DNA from: an uncultured Bacilli bacterium
Lineage (GTDB): Bacteria > Bacillota_I > Bacilli_A > RF39 > UBA660
Reading direction: 5' to 3'
DNA length: 64,000 bases
Assembly: GCA_944363735.1 (NCBI GenBank)
Contig: CALVVB010000001.1
Coordinates: forward strand, 3,524 to 67,523
A program made the position numbers and the translations under genes. Below the pieces are notes generated by a model. The model was not told the origin of the DNA. It did no database searches and worked only from the letters and a program-made list of their open reading frames with translations. This document shows, piece after piece, positions 28,242 through 37,465 of the stretch (position 1 is its first letter; every line of letters starts with the position of its first letter).

Positions 28242-29759
28242 ATGAATAATAAAACTATAATTACTATAGTAGTTGCCATTATAGTAAGTTTAATTATAAT
28301 GTTTATAGTTCCTAAAAAAGAAACATTAACTCCCAAAAATGTTTATCGTGTCTATTTAGCGGGTAAATCAGTAGGGTTAATCAGTGATAAAGATTCTCTT
28401 GATGAATATATAGATAAAGAACAACAAACACTAAAGGATAAATACAAAGCTGACAAAGTTTATGCTCCAGAAGATTTAGAAATAGTAAAAGATGTAACTT
28501 ATAATGAAAATATTTCTACAACAGAAGAAATATATAACAAAATTAAAGATATAGAACCTTTTACTATTAAAGGATATGAAATAAATATAGAGGGTATCGA
28601 TACTACTAATGAAGCAGGTGAAAAAATAGAAGGAACTGATCAAACTATATATGTTCTTGAAAAAGATGTATTTGAAGAGGCTATGGATAGAACTATAAGA
28701 TCATTTTTAGATAGTGATAGTTATGATAAATATCTTAATAATACTCAAAAAGAAATAGAAAATGGGTCTACAGGTACAATTATAGAAAATATTTATATTG
28801 AGAATAAAGTAACCGTTAAAGAAACAAATATTCCATCAGATGAAACAATTTATGAAAGTGCTGATGATTTAAGTAAATATTTATTGTTTGGAACTCTTGA
28901 TGAACAACAAAAATATACAGTACAAAGAGGAGATACAATTAATGATGTAGCTTTCAATAATAAATTATCTAACGAAGAATTTTTAATAGCCAATCCTGAA
29001 TTTACTGATGCTAATAATCTTCTATATGAAGGACAAAACGTAACCATAAGTATTATTAAACCACAGTTTAGATTAGTAGAAATAGATCACCAAGTATCAA
29101 CACAAGATATACCATATGAAACAGAAACAAGATATGATAATACAAAATATTCTACTTATGAAGAAACAATTCAAGAAGGGGTAGTAGGATCACAGCTTGT
29201 AACATCAAAAGTTCAAAAAGTTAATGGTCAAGTGGAAAGTGCTGTAATTGATAATAGTTCTACTAGAGTGTTGAAAGAACCTATCAAAAGAATAATTGTG
29301 AAAGGAACTAAACAACGAGGAGGCAGTGGTGGTGTAAACAGTGGCCTTAGTAGTAATACTAAAGTAGAAGGGTATTGGTTATGGCCTACAAGAACACCAT
29401 ATTATATAAGTAGCCAGTATGGTTATCGTTGGGGAACACTACATGATGGTATGGATATAGCAGGAGCAGGTTATGGTTCACCAATTTATGCTTCTAATAA
29501 TGGTATTGTAGTCGCTTCTTCTTACAAATATGATAATGGTGAATATATTGTAATAAACCACAATAATGGTTATTATACAATGTATGCGCATCTATCAGAT
29601 AGATACGTAAGTGTTGGTCAAGAAGTTTCACAAGGAGAAACAATAGGAGCAATGGGTAGAACAGGGGCAGCAACAGGGGTTCATCTTCATTTTGGATTGT
29701 GGAGAGGATATCCATATAGTCGTGGTTCGTCTTCTATGAATCCAATGAGTTTATTCTAA
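28242..29759 (+). CDS. Membrane-anchored LysM/G5/M23 peptidoglycan endopeptidase
   Basis: N-terminal TM. LysM-like YTVQRGDTINDVAF. G5-like QEGVVGSQLVTSKVQKVNGQ..IIVKGTK. M23 motifs HDGMDIAG and HLHFGLW. Confidence 0.8.
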   Translation: MNNKTIITIVVAIIVSLIIMFIVPKKETLTPKNVYRVYLAGKSVGLISDKDSLDEYIDKEQQTLKDKYKADKVYAPEDLEIVKDVTYNENISTTEEIYNKIKDIEPFTIKGYEINIEGIDTTNEAGEKIEGTDQTIYVLEKDVFEEAMDRTIRSFLDSDSYDKYLNNTQKEIENGSTGTIIENIYIENKVTVKETNIPSDETIYESADDLSKYLLFGTLDEQQKYTVQRGDTINDVAFNNKLSNEEFLIANPEFTDANNLLYEGQNVTISIIKPQFRLVEIDHQVSTQDIPYETETRYDNTKYSTYEETIQEGVVGSQLVTSKVQKVNGQVESAVIDNSSTRVLKEPIKRIIVKGTKQRGGSGGVNSGLSSNTKVEGYWLWPTRTPYYISSQYGYRWGTLHDGMDIAGAGYGSPIYASNNGIVVASSYKYDNGEYIVINHNNGYYTMYAHLSDRYVSVGQEVSQGETIGAMGRTGAATGVHLHFGLWRGYPYSRGSSSMNPMSLF

Positions 29760-30547
29760 TGAAAATAAAAGTACTAGCGAGTGGATCTAAAGGAAACTGT
29801 TCATTAATAGAAACAAAATCTACTCGCTTTCTTATTGATATAGGAATTACCTATCAGAGATTAAAAAAAGAATTAGAGAAGATGAATTTAACTACAGAAG
29901 ACATAGATGCCTTGCTTTTAACCCATGCTCATAATGACCATACAAATGGCCTTAAAGTGTTATTAAAACATACAAATTTTAAGATTTATGCTAATAAAGA
30001 TATCATAAAAGAATTAACAGTAGATATAGATAATAATAGAGTAGAACTTTATAATCCTTTAATACATTTAAATAATGATACAGAAATAAATGTCTTTAAG
30101 ACAAGTCATGATGCTAAAGGATCAGTTGGTTTCTTAATAATAGAAGATAACAACTCACTAGTATATATAACAGATACAGGTTATCTAAATCGCAAATATT
30201 TTCCATTACTTGAGAATAAGAATATATACTATATAGAAAGTAATCATGATGAGAAAATGCTAATGGATGGACCCTATCCTTATTATTTAAAACAAAGAAT
30301 AATAAGTGATGAAGGCCATTTATCTAATGATACTACTGCTAAATATTTAAAAAAGCTAGTGGGAGATGCTACTAAATACATAATCCTTGCTCATTTAAGT
30401 GAACATAATAACAAAGAAGAAATTGCTTATAACACATCACGAGAAGCTTTGAAAAATAGAAGTGATATAAAAATAATAGTAGCTAAACAAAATGAGGCAC
30501 TAGAAGAAATAGAGGTATTATATGATGAAATTAATATGCGTAGGTAA
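29759..30547 (+). CDS. yycJ: MBL-fold metallo-hydrolase, YycJ/WalJ-like
   Basis: MKIKVLASGSKGNCSLIE and THAHNDHTNGL. Lies upstream of rlmH as in Bacillus. Confidence 0.8.
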   Translation: MKIKVLASGSKGNCSLIETKSTRFLIDIGITYQRLKKELEKMNLTTEDIDALLLTHAHNDHTNGLKVLLKHTNFKIYANKDIIKELTVDIDNNRVELYNPLIHLNNDTEINVFKTSHDAKGSVGFLIIEDNNSLVYITDTGYLNRKYFPLLENKNIYYIESNHDEKMLMDGPYPYYLKQRIISDEGHLSNDTTAKYLKKLVGDATKYIILAHLSEHNNKEEIAYNTSREALKNRSDIKIIVAKQNEALEEIEVLYDEINMRR

Positions 30548-30977
30548 AATAAAAGAAAAATACTTAAATGAAGCGATAGATGAATATAAAAAGAGACTTT
30601 CTAAATATACAAAATTAGACATAATAGAAGTAGCAGATGTTAACTGCAATGAAATAGATAAAGTAAAAAAAGAGGAAGCAAAACTCATTTTAAAGCACAT
30701 AAAAGAAACTGATAATGTAGTCATTCTTGACATAAATGGACAGGAATTATCGTCAGTAGAATTAACTAACAAATTATGTTCATTAGAAGTTATGAATAGT
30801 AATATAACTTTTATAATTGGTGGAAGTTATGGCTTAAGTGAAGAAGTTAAAAAAAGAGCTAACTTTAGTTTATCTTTTTCTAAACTAACTTTTCCTCATC
30901 AACTATTTAGAGTAATATTATTAGAGCAAATATATAGAACTTATAAAATAAGAAATAATGAAAATTATCATAAGTAG
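30525..30977 (+). CDS. rlmH: 23S rRNA (pseudouridine1915-N3)-methyltransferase RlmH
   Basis: MKLICVGKIKEKYL..IGGSYGLS.. shows a SPOUT fold pattern of about 150 aa. Confidence 0.88.
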   Translation: MKLICVGKIKEKYLNEAIDEYKKRLSKYTKLDIIEVADVNCNEIDKVKKEEAKLILKHIKETDNVVILDINGQELSSVELTNKLCSLEVMNSNITFIIGGSYGLSEEVKKRANFSLSFSKLTFPHQLFRVILLEQIYRTYKIRNNENYHK

Positions 30978-30986
30978 GAGATAAGT

Positions 30987-31649
30987 ATGATTGGAAATGA
31001 TTGGGATATTTATTTAAAAGAAGAATATAATAAAGATTATTTTAAAAAACTAATAGATTTTGTTAATAAAGAATATAAAGAAAAAACTATATATCCACCA
31101 AAAAATGAGATATTTAATGCTTTAAGGCATACTTCTTACAAAGATGTTAAAGTTGTAATACTAGGACAAGATCCATATCATGGAGAGAATCAAGCTGAAG
31201 GACTTTCTTTTTCAGTAAAGAATGGAATTAGAAAACCCCCTTCATTACAAAATATTTTTAAGGAGCTAAAAGATGATTTGGGAATACCTTTTCCTATAAC
31301 AAGTAGTCTTATTCCTTGGGCAGATCAAGGAGTCTTACTTCTTAATGCTGTATTGACAGTAGAGGCAAATATGGCAGCATCTCACAAAGATAAAGGTTGG
31401 GAAATATTTACTGACAGAATAATTGAATTATTAGATAAAAAGTGCGAACCAATAGTGTTTATTCTTTGGGGAAGTTTTGCTAGAAATAAAAAGAAATTGA
31501 TAACTAACAAAAACCATCATATAGTAGAATCAGCTCATCCTTCTCCATTGTCTGCATATAATGGCTTCTTTGGTAGTAAACCATTTTCTAAAACTAATAA
31601 CTTTCTAATATCAAAAGGACTAAAACCAATAGAATGGAAAATAGATTAA
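30987..31649 (+). CDS. ung: Uracil-DNA glycosylase
   Basis: VVILGQDPYH and HPSPLSA motifs. Confidence 0.95.
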   Translation: MIGNDWDIYLKEEYNKDYFKKLIDFVNKEYKEKTIYPPKNEIFNALRHTSYKDVKVVILGQDPYHGENQAEGLSFSVKNGIRKPPSLQNIFKELKDDLGIPFPITSSLIPWADQGVLLLNAVLTVEANMAASHKDKGWEIFTDRIIELLDKKCEPIVFILWGSFARNKKKLITNKNHHIVESAHPSPLSAYNGFFGSKPFSKTNNFLISKGLKPIEWKID

Positions 31650-31673
31650 CTAGTACTAGTAGTACTAGTTTTA
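31648..31673 (+). terminator. Palindromic terminator after ung
   Basis: AACTAGTACTA-G-TAGTACTAGTT has 11-nt perfect arms and is followed by TTTT. Confidence 0.6.
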
Positions 31674-31788
31674 ATTTAATATTAACATGGTAATAAATGG
31701 AAAAAAATAAACATATTTGACACAAATATTTCAAAACATCTTTATATTATTAATAAAAAAGACTAAACTTAACTAAAGGAGAAGTAAT

Positions 31789-32316
31789 ATGATAATAGAA
31801 GAAAATCAATTAAAGGAAAATCGTAATATTTCTATAGAAGGGAATAGTTATATCTTAAAAACACAAGAGTTCACAGAAGAGATAAAAGTAGAACATTATC
31901 TTGAAGAATTTATCCCTAATAATAAGTTAATAAATCACTTTGATTCTAGGATCAGAAAAGTTGAAAAGATTGATCCTCTAAAAGAAAGAATTTCTCAAGA
32001 TGTAGTTGCATTTCGCTATTATGATAGAATAGAGGTAAATATAGATGGAGAATGCTTTACTACTAAAAGGAGAAATTTCTCTAGTAAAATATATTTAGGT
32101 AAAAGATTAACAAAAGAAGAGATAATAGAAATAAGTTTAAATAATGAAAATATTTTACCAATAGATTTAAATATATTAATAGAAAGTCCTTCTTCTTTTA
32201 TCCTTTGTGATAATGGAACAATTATAACAGTAGTAGAAGATGATGCTATAACTATATCTGAAATAAAATCAAATAAGTCTTTCAAAAAATATAAAAAAAG
32301 CATTGGCTCTAAATAA
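31789..32316 (+). CDS. Hypothetical 175-aa protein
   Basis: ORF with RBS AAAGGAG. I recognise no family. Confidence 0.45.
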   Translation: MIIEENQLKENRNISIEGNSYILKTQEFTEEIKVEHYLEEFIPNNKLINHFDSRIRKVEKIDPLKERISQDVVAFRYYDRIEVNIDGECFTTKRRNFSSKIYLGKRLTKEEIIEISLNNENILPIDLNILIESPSSFILCDNGTIITVVEDDAITISEIKSNKSFKKYKKSIGSK

Positions 32317-32317
32317 G

Positions 32318-32857
32318 TCAATGTTTTAATATTTCAAAAGGTTGCCTTTTTTCTATTTTGTAAGTTTCTATATCTTGATAGTGAGAAAAAGTTTTAATTA
32401 AATTAGTAGGAAATTTATGGGATAGATAAATTATCTCATTTCCATTATCGTTATAGTATTTTAAAGCAGCTCTTAAATCATTTTCATTTTCATTTAATTT
32501 ATCTATTAAAGAATCTAGCTTCTTAAAATTGAGTTTTTCTTCATAATCATCTATTAATTTTAAAATTTCATTAGTCATATCCATTAATTCTTGGTATAAC
32601 TCATAGTGATTAAATCTTTTAGATTTTAATTTAATTACTTCTGGAATATCTTTTATTTTAGCAGCTTCTAAAATAGGAACAATTTTTAAAAGTATTTCTT
32701 CTTTTTTTTGCAATAAAATATCTAAATTATTATCTGCTTCTTTAACCTTGATATATAAAAAGTTATATCTATTTTTATAAACTAAAACCATAATTACACA
32801 AATCAAAATAATTAATACAATAACTCCCCCCATAATAGCATAAATCATCAGTATCAC
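32318..32857 (-). CDS. LemA-family membrane protein (divergent)
   Basis: N-terminal TM. YNFLYIKVKEADNNLDILLQKKEEILLKIVP parallels the LemA pattern YNxLVxxxxxVxxAWSxIDVQLxRRxDLIPNLV. The C-terminal YYNDNGNEIIYLSHKFPTNL parallels YNxxVxxYNxxIxxFPxNL. Confidence 0.6.
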   Translation of the reverse strand: MILMIYAIMGGVIVLIILICVIMVLVYKNRYNFLYIKVKEADNNLDILLQKKEEILLKIVPILEAAKIKDIPEVIKLKSKRFNHYELYQELMDMTNEILKLIDDYEEKLNFKKLDSLIDKLNENENDLRAALKYYNDNGNEIIYLSHKFPTNLIKTFSHYQDIETYKIEKRQPFEILKH

Positions 32858-32945
32858 ATCCTTAATAGTATTATAGCAAAGAGAAAGATTAAAATCTATA
32901 AAAAAGAGGTAACTTATAAAACAAAGATTACCTTACTTAATAAAT

Positions 32946-33482
32946 TTATTGTCTATTTAATTTAAATGAAATGCCACTACCATCATTATAAAGAATATAA
33001 GAACAATCATCAGCAATTACATAATCAGCAGTAGCATAGCTGGTAACTTGATCTCTTGGTCCACTAATCTCTTTTGTTCCAATAAGACTTATAGTATTAT
33101 CATTAATGTAATAAAAACCACTACTACCTGATACCCCACTAAAATTAGCTGTAAAAGAACCATCTTGATTTAAAATATAAGTATATTTTAAATTAGAAGT
33201 AAGTCCATTACTATGTTCCTCATAATATTCCCCATAATAAGTACCGTAGCATTTTTGTACACTTTCTTGTGTTTGCTCTTCAGAGTTACCATCATTTTTT
33301 TCTTCTTCTTGGTCCTTTTCATTATCATTATTAACATCAGTCTTATCCTCAACCTTCTTGTCGCCACTATTAGTCTTAAAAATTATGCCATTATCATAAC
33401 AGATATAAAATATTAATCCACAAATGATGAGTAAAGATAGTATTAAATAAACAATCCAACCAGTATTGTTTTTCTTCTCCAT
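32946..33482 (-). CDS. Hypothetical membrane-anchored protein with an acidic linker
   Basis: 178-aa ORF with an N-terminal TM, a D/E/N-rich linker and a globular C-domain. Confidence 0.5.
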   Translation of the reverse strand: MEKKNNTGWIVYLILSLLIICGLIFYICYDNGIIFKTNSGDKKVEDKTDVNNDNEKDQEEEKNDGNSEEQTQESVQKCYGTYYGEYYEEHSNGLTSNLKYTYILNQDGSFTANFSGVSGSSGFYYINDNTISLIGTKEISGPRDQVTSYATADYVIADDCSYILYNDGSGISFKLNRQ

Positions 33483-33544
33483 AAAACTTCTCTCCTCCTA
33501 TTGTTATATAACCATATTATAACAAAGAAAAAGAGAAGAGTAAA

Positions 33545-33901
33545 TTATCTTAAAGTAATATCTTCTCTAAACTCTACATAATTAAGGTATACTGTCCAAA
33601 GTAAAAAAATATGATTTTCACTATCTTTAACAACAGCATAGTCTCTACCGGCACCTATAATAGTTCCTGTAAATACTCTATCACGCCATTCTAGGGAATC
33701 AGAATATGACATATAAAAACTAGCTTCTTTACCGACATTTAATTCTAAAATATTCTCTGCATAATCCATATCACCACTAATTGGAACAGTATCATTGTTA
33801 TTAGGAGCATTATTCATATTAGGGTTATAATCATAATCAAAGTTTTGATAAGGGGGATCAGTACTTTGATTAGGATAAGTATCAAAATTATTATTCATCA
33901 A
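33545..33901 (-). CDS. gerQ: Spore coat protein GerQ-like
   Basis: N/P/Q/Y-rich N-terminus, then YAENILELNVGKEASFYMSYSDSLEWRDRVFTGTIIGAGRDYAVV..LWTVYLNYVEF, resembling the GerQ (YwdL) core as I recall it. Confidence 0.6.
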   Translation of the reverse strand: MMNNNFDTYPNQSTDPPYQNFDYDYNPNMNNAPNNNDTVPISGDMDYAENILELNVGKEASFYMSYSDSLEWRDRVFTGTIIGAGRDYAVVKDSENHIFLLWTVYLNYVEFREDITLR

Positions 33902-33945
33902 ATCATCCTCTCAAAGTAATTATATTAATAAAATTTTAAATTATA

Positions 33946-35907
33946 CTAATTACTACTAGTATTTCCACTAATCTCATCAAAAACAGGATCATCTGCACTA
34001 GGTTCTGTTCCTTTAACATAGTATTCAATTATTTTTTTCTCATCACTATCAACAGCAGGTTTCCCCGTAATTGGATTAACTAAAACTCCTACCACATTTT
34101 CAGGTTGACTATACCAAGCCTCATCTTTATCTTTCATATAACTTTCCATCGCATTGAGCCAAATATTCTGAGCATATTTATATTCGCTAGATTTCAAGTC
34201 TCTACTATCATCATAACCACACCAAACAGCAGTTACAATATCTTTATTATAGCCAATATACCAGTTATCAGTATTAGTAGTGCCACTTTTTAAAGAATAT
34301 TTATGAGTCATTCTACTAGCAAGATTAACTGCAGTAGGATAGTTATAATCAATAAAATTAGCATCATATGTTGCCGTCAATAAATTATTTAATATAAAAG
34401 TCAAACTAGAGTTCAAAATGAGTTCTTTCTCTTCATCTGCCTCATATAAAACATTACCCTCTTTATCTACCACTTTAGTAATAAAGTGAGGTTTAACTTT
34501 ATATCCTTCGTTTGCAAAAGCAGAGTAGGCTCCAGCCATTTCTAACATTCCAATCTCACTAGTACCAAGAGCAAGAGAAGGGACTTCATCAAGTTTAGAA
34601 GTAATACCAAGTCTTTTAGCCATATCAACAAGTGTATCTTCTCCTAAAAACATATGTGTTTTAACAGCATAAATATTTTCAGAATAAGCGATAGCGGTAG
34701 CCATAGAAATAGGTTTATTACCATAAGTACCATTATAGTTCTGTGGTGAATAAGTTTGATCATTATTAAAAGTAAAAGTAGTCTCTTCACTAGTAAAAGT
34801 AGTAGAAGCCGTAAATCCATTTTCTAAGGCAGCGTAATAAAGAAAAGCTTTCATCGTTGAACCTACCTGCCTTTTAGCATTAACAGCCCTATTAAATTCC
34901 GATTTACTATAGTCTTTACCACCAACTAAAGCGATAACTCTCCCATTATTAGGATTAACCATTACACTAGCAGTTTCCAAATCACTATCAGGCATTGTAT
35001 TTTTAACAGTTTCTTCTAAATCCTTTTGAGCATTCATATCAAGACTAGTATAAACTTTAAGACCACCAGTTTCTAGAAATGATTCAGGTATTTCTTTAAG
35101 GCTTTTTAACTCTTCAATAACAGCATCTTGATAATACATAACACTTTCTAATTCATCTTCTGCTTCTTCACCAATGAATTTTATTTCTTCATCAATAGCC
35201 TTATTATATTCATTTTCACTAATAACTCCATCATCATACATGTTTTTTAAAATCATCTGTTGCCTTTCTGTCGCTTTCTCTAAATTAACAAAAGGAGAAT
35301 AATTACTAGGAGACTTAGGAATACCAGTAAGCATAGCAGCCTCTGCCAAAGTTAAATCCTTAGCACTCTTACCAAAATAGTATTTACTAGCAGTCTCTAT
35401 TCCATATTTACCATGACCATAGTTTATCGTATTTAAATAACCTTCAAGTATCTCATCTTTACTATAATGAGACTCTATCTCTATTGTATACCACATCTCA
35501 TCCCATTTTCTTTTCCAAGTCTTATCAAAATCCAAAAACAAGTTTTTAGCATACTGTTGAGTAATCGTACTAGCACCTTGACTAGTGGTACCAGAGGTAA
35601 TATTAACTGCCATTGCCTTTAATATTCTAAGATAATCAAATCCAATATGTTTATAAAAGTTTTTATCTTCAGTATTTATTGTCGCTTCTATCAAATATGG
35701 AGAAATATCATCAAGACTAATCCATTCCTTTGAACCACTTCCTTGAAAGAACACTTCATTATTACTATCAAAAAGCATAAAACTATTAGCATTCTTTATC
35801 TCAATCTTAGGACTTAACTTTGCATAAGTATAAACACAGATATTACCAACAATAAAAAGTCCTATAAGAATTATAAATATTTTCAAACACTTCTTTAAAA
35901 CTTTCAT
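33946..35907 (-). CDS. Bifunctional class A penicillin-binding protein (PBP1)
   Basis: GT51 motif EDKNFYKHIGFD and transpeptidase motifs GSTMK and KSGTT. I prefer the start at M18 (MKVLKK.., TM) over the tracked 35958. Confidence 0.88.
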   Translation of the reverse strand: MKVLKKCLKIFIILIGLFIVGNICVYTYAKLSPKIEIKNANSFMLFDSNNEVFFQGSGSKEWISLDDISPYLIEATINTEDKNFYKHIGFDYLRILKAMAVNITSGTTSQGASTITQQYAKNLFLDFDKTWKRKWDEMWYTIEIESHYSKDEILEGYLNTINYGHGKYGIETASKYYFGKSAKDLTLAEAAMLTGIPKSPSNYSPFVNLEKATERQQMILKNMYDDGVISENEYNKAIDEEIKFIGEEAEDELESVMYYQDAVIEELKSLKEIPESFLETGGLKVYTSLDMNAQKDLEETVKNTMPDSDLETASVMVNPNNGRVIALVGGKDYSKSEFNRAVNAKRQVGSTMKAFLYYAALENGFTASTTFTSEETTFTFNNDQTYSPQNYNGTYGNKPISMATAIAYSENIYAVKTHMFLGEDTLVDMAKRLGITSKLDEVPSLALGTSEIGMLEMAGAYSAFANEGYKVKPHFITKVVDKEGNVLYEADEEKELILNSSLTFILNNLLTATYDANFIDYNYPTAVNLASRMTHKYSLKSGTTNTDNWYIGYNKDIVTAVWCGYDDSRDLKSSEYKYAQNIWLNAMESYMKDKDEAWYSQPENVVGVLVNPITGKPAVDSDEKKIIEYYVKGTEPSADDPVFDEISGNTSSN

Positions 35908-36020
35908 AAACAAAATCATCCTTTCTTTATATATCATGTCCAAAAAATCCAAGTTCAAACAAATAAGTTGTAACTTTAATAGTTTTTTGTTATAATCTTA
36001 GCAGAAAAAGGAGAATCTCT

Positions 36021-36383
36021 ATGAAAGATGTATTTATAAAAGCAAAAATAAAAAATAAAGACGAAGAATTACCTTTTGAAGGTAGAGGAACTTTTGATAA
36101 AGAAAAAAACTTAATCCAGTATCAAGATGATAAAGCACTTCTAACTATTTTCTTAGATGATAATATTATGCTACGAGAAACAGAAGATACTATTTTAAGT
36201 TATAAATTTGTGGAAAACGAAAAAACTAATTTTGAAGTATTTCTAAAAGATTTAAAACAAACAGGTTTTGTTCCTATGAAAACATTTAAGATAAATAAAG
36301 ATAGAGAATCTTTTGAAGTAATATATGAAATTGAAGGTAATGATTTTAAACACGAGTTTAAGGTAGAATGGAGGATATTGTAA
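36021..36383 (+). CDS. DUF1934 (YwiB-like) small beta-barrel protein
   Basis: 120 aa in the position upstream of argS that ywiB occupies in Bacillus. Called from size and pattern only. Confidence 0.5.
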   Translation: MKDVFIKAKIKNKDEELPFEGRGTFDKEKNLIQYQDDKALLTIFLDDNIMLRETEDTILSYKFVENEKTNFEVFLKDLKQTGFVPMKTFKINKDRESFEVIYEIEGNDFKHEFKVEWRIL

Positions 36384-36410
36384 TATTTTTAAGATTAGGA
36401 GGAATTACTT

Positions 36411-36834
36411 ATGCAAAGTTTAACATTTAATAAAAAAAATAATAGAAGATATAAAAGAAGTAATTGTAAGTAGTAGACAAAAAGTTGCTTATGAAGTAAA
36501 TAATACAATGTTACTAGCATATTGGAACGTTGGAAAAATAATAGTAGAAAACGAACAAAACGGTAATATAAAAGCGGAATATGGGAAACAAGTAATGAAA
36601 GAACTATCAAAAGAATTAAGAAAAATATTAGGTTCTGGTTTTTCAGTTAGTAATTTATTTAATATGCGTAGATTTTATATAACATATCCAAAATTCCAGA
36701 CACTGTCTGGAAAATTAAGCTGGTCACACTATTGTGAACTATTAAGCATTGAAAATATAGATGAAAGAAATTTTTATGAAAAGGAATGTATAAACTCTAA
36801 CTGGAGTGTTAGGGAGCTTAAAAGACAAAAATGA
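36411..36834 (+). pseudogene. DUF1016 (YhcG-like) gene remnant: A8 frameshift plus C-terminal truncation
   Basis: ATG at 36411 follows GGAGG and reads MQSLTFNKK, then shifts frame in the A8 run (36432-36439). The +1 frame continues IIEDIKEVIVSSRQKVAYEVNNTMLLAYWNVGKIIVENEQNG..LSWSHY..WSVRELKRQK, the N-terminal DUF1016 pattern. It stops at about 140 aa where I expect about 350, so the PD-(D/E)XK domain is missing. Confidence 0.65.
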
Positions 36835-36859
36835 TTTATTATAAAAGAGGTGAGAGTTA

Positions 36860-37465
36860 ATGGAAATAAAACCAATGCTATTTAATATAGAGGAATTGAT
36901 AGAAAAAGCTAATGATGGAGATAAACTATCTTGCTATATAGTCGCTAGAAGTTATGATAGTGCGGAAAATGGGCTATCACAAGATTTAACTAAAGCTGTT
37001 GAATGGTATAGAAAAGGTGCAGAAATGAATGACCCAAAATGTATTTATGGCCTAGCAGCTTGCTATCAGTTTGGAGATGGGGTAGAACAAAATAAAGACA
37101 AAGCCTATCAATTATTTGTTAATGCCTACGATAAATTAATACAAGAAATAGAAGAAGAAAAAGAAAGTCCAAAAGTCCAAGCTTTTTCTAAGTTCTGTTT
37201 AGGAGCATATTATTATTTTGGTTTTGGAGATGTAGAAAAAGATTACAAAACAGCTTTTCAACTAATCAATGAATGTGCAATACAAGGACATTTAGCAGCC
37301 ATATATGATTTAGGAGCTAACTTCTATCGTGAAGGTAGAGGCACAGAACAAAATTTAGAATTAGCAGACTATTATTTGGAATTAGCAGCAAGTGTGGAGC
37401 TTCCAAGAGCAATAAAAAAATTAGAAGATGTGCAAAACTCTAATGAGAAAGGAGCAAGAAAATGA
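36860..37465 (+). CDS. Sel1-like repeat (SLR/TPR) protein
   Basis: Repeats such as AVEWYRKGAEMNDPKCIYGLAACYQFGDGVEQNKDKAYQLF. Its stop overlaps the argS ATG (ATGA). Confidence 0.75.
   Translation: MEIKPMLFNIEELIEKANDGDKLSCYIVARSYDSAENGLSQDLTKAVEWYRKGAEMNDPKCIYGLAACYQFGDGVEQNKDKAYQLFVNAYDKLIQEIEEEKESPKVQAFSKFCLGAYYYFGFGDVEKDYKTAFQLINECAIQGHLAAIYDLGANFYREGRGTEQNLELADYYLELAASVELPRAIKKLEDVQNSNEKGARK

Noticed and set aside
36395-36610. 71-aa minus-strand ORF.
   Set aside because: It is antisense to the DUF1016 remnant and is an L/F/Y-rich artefact.
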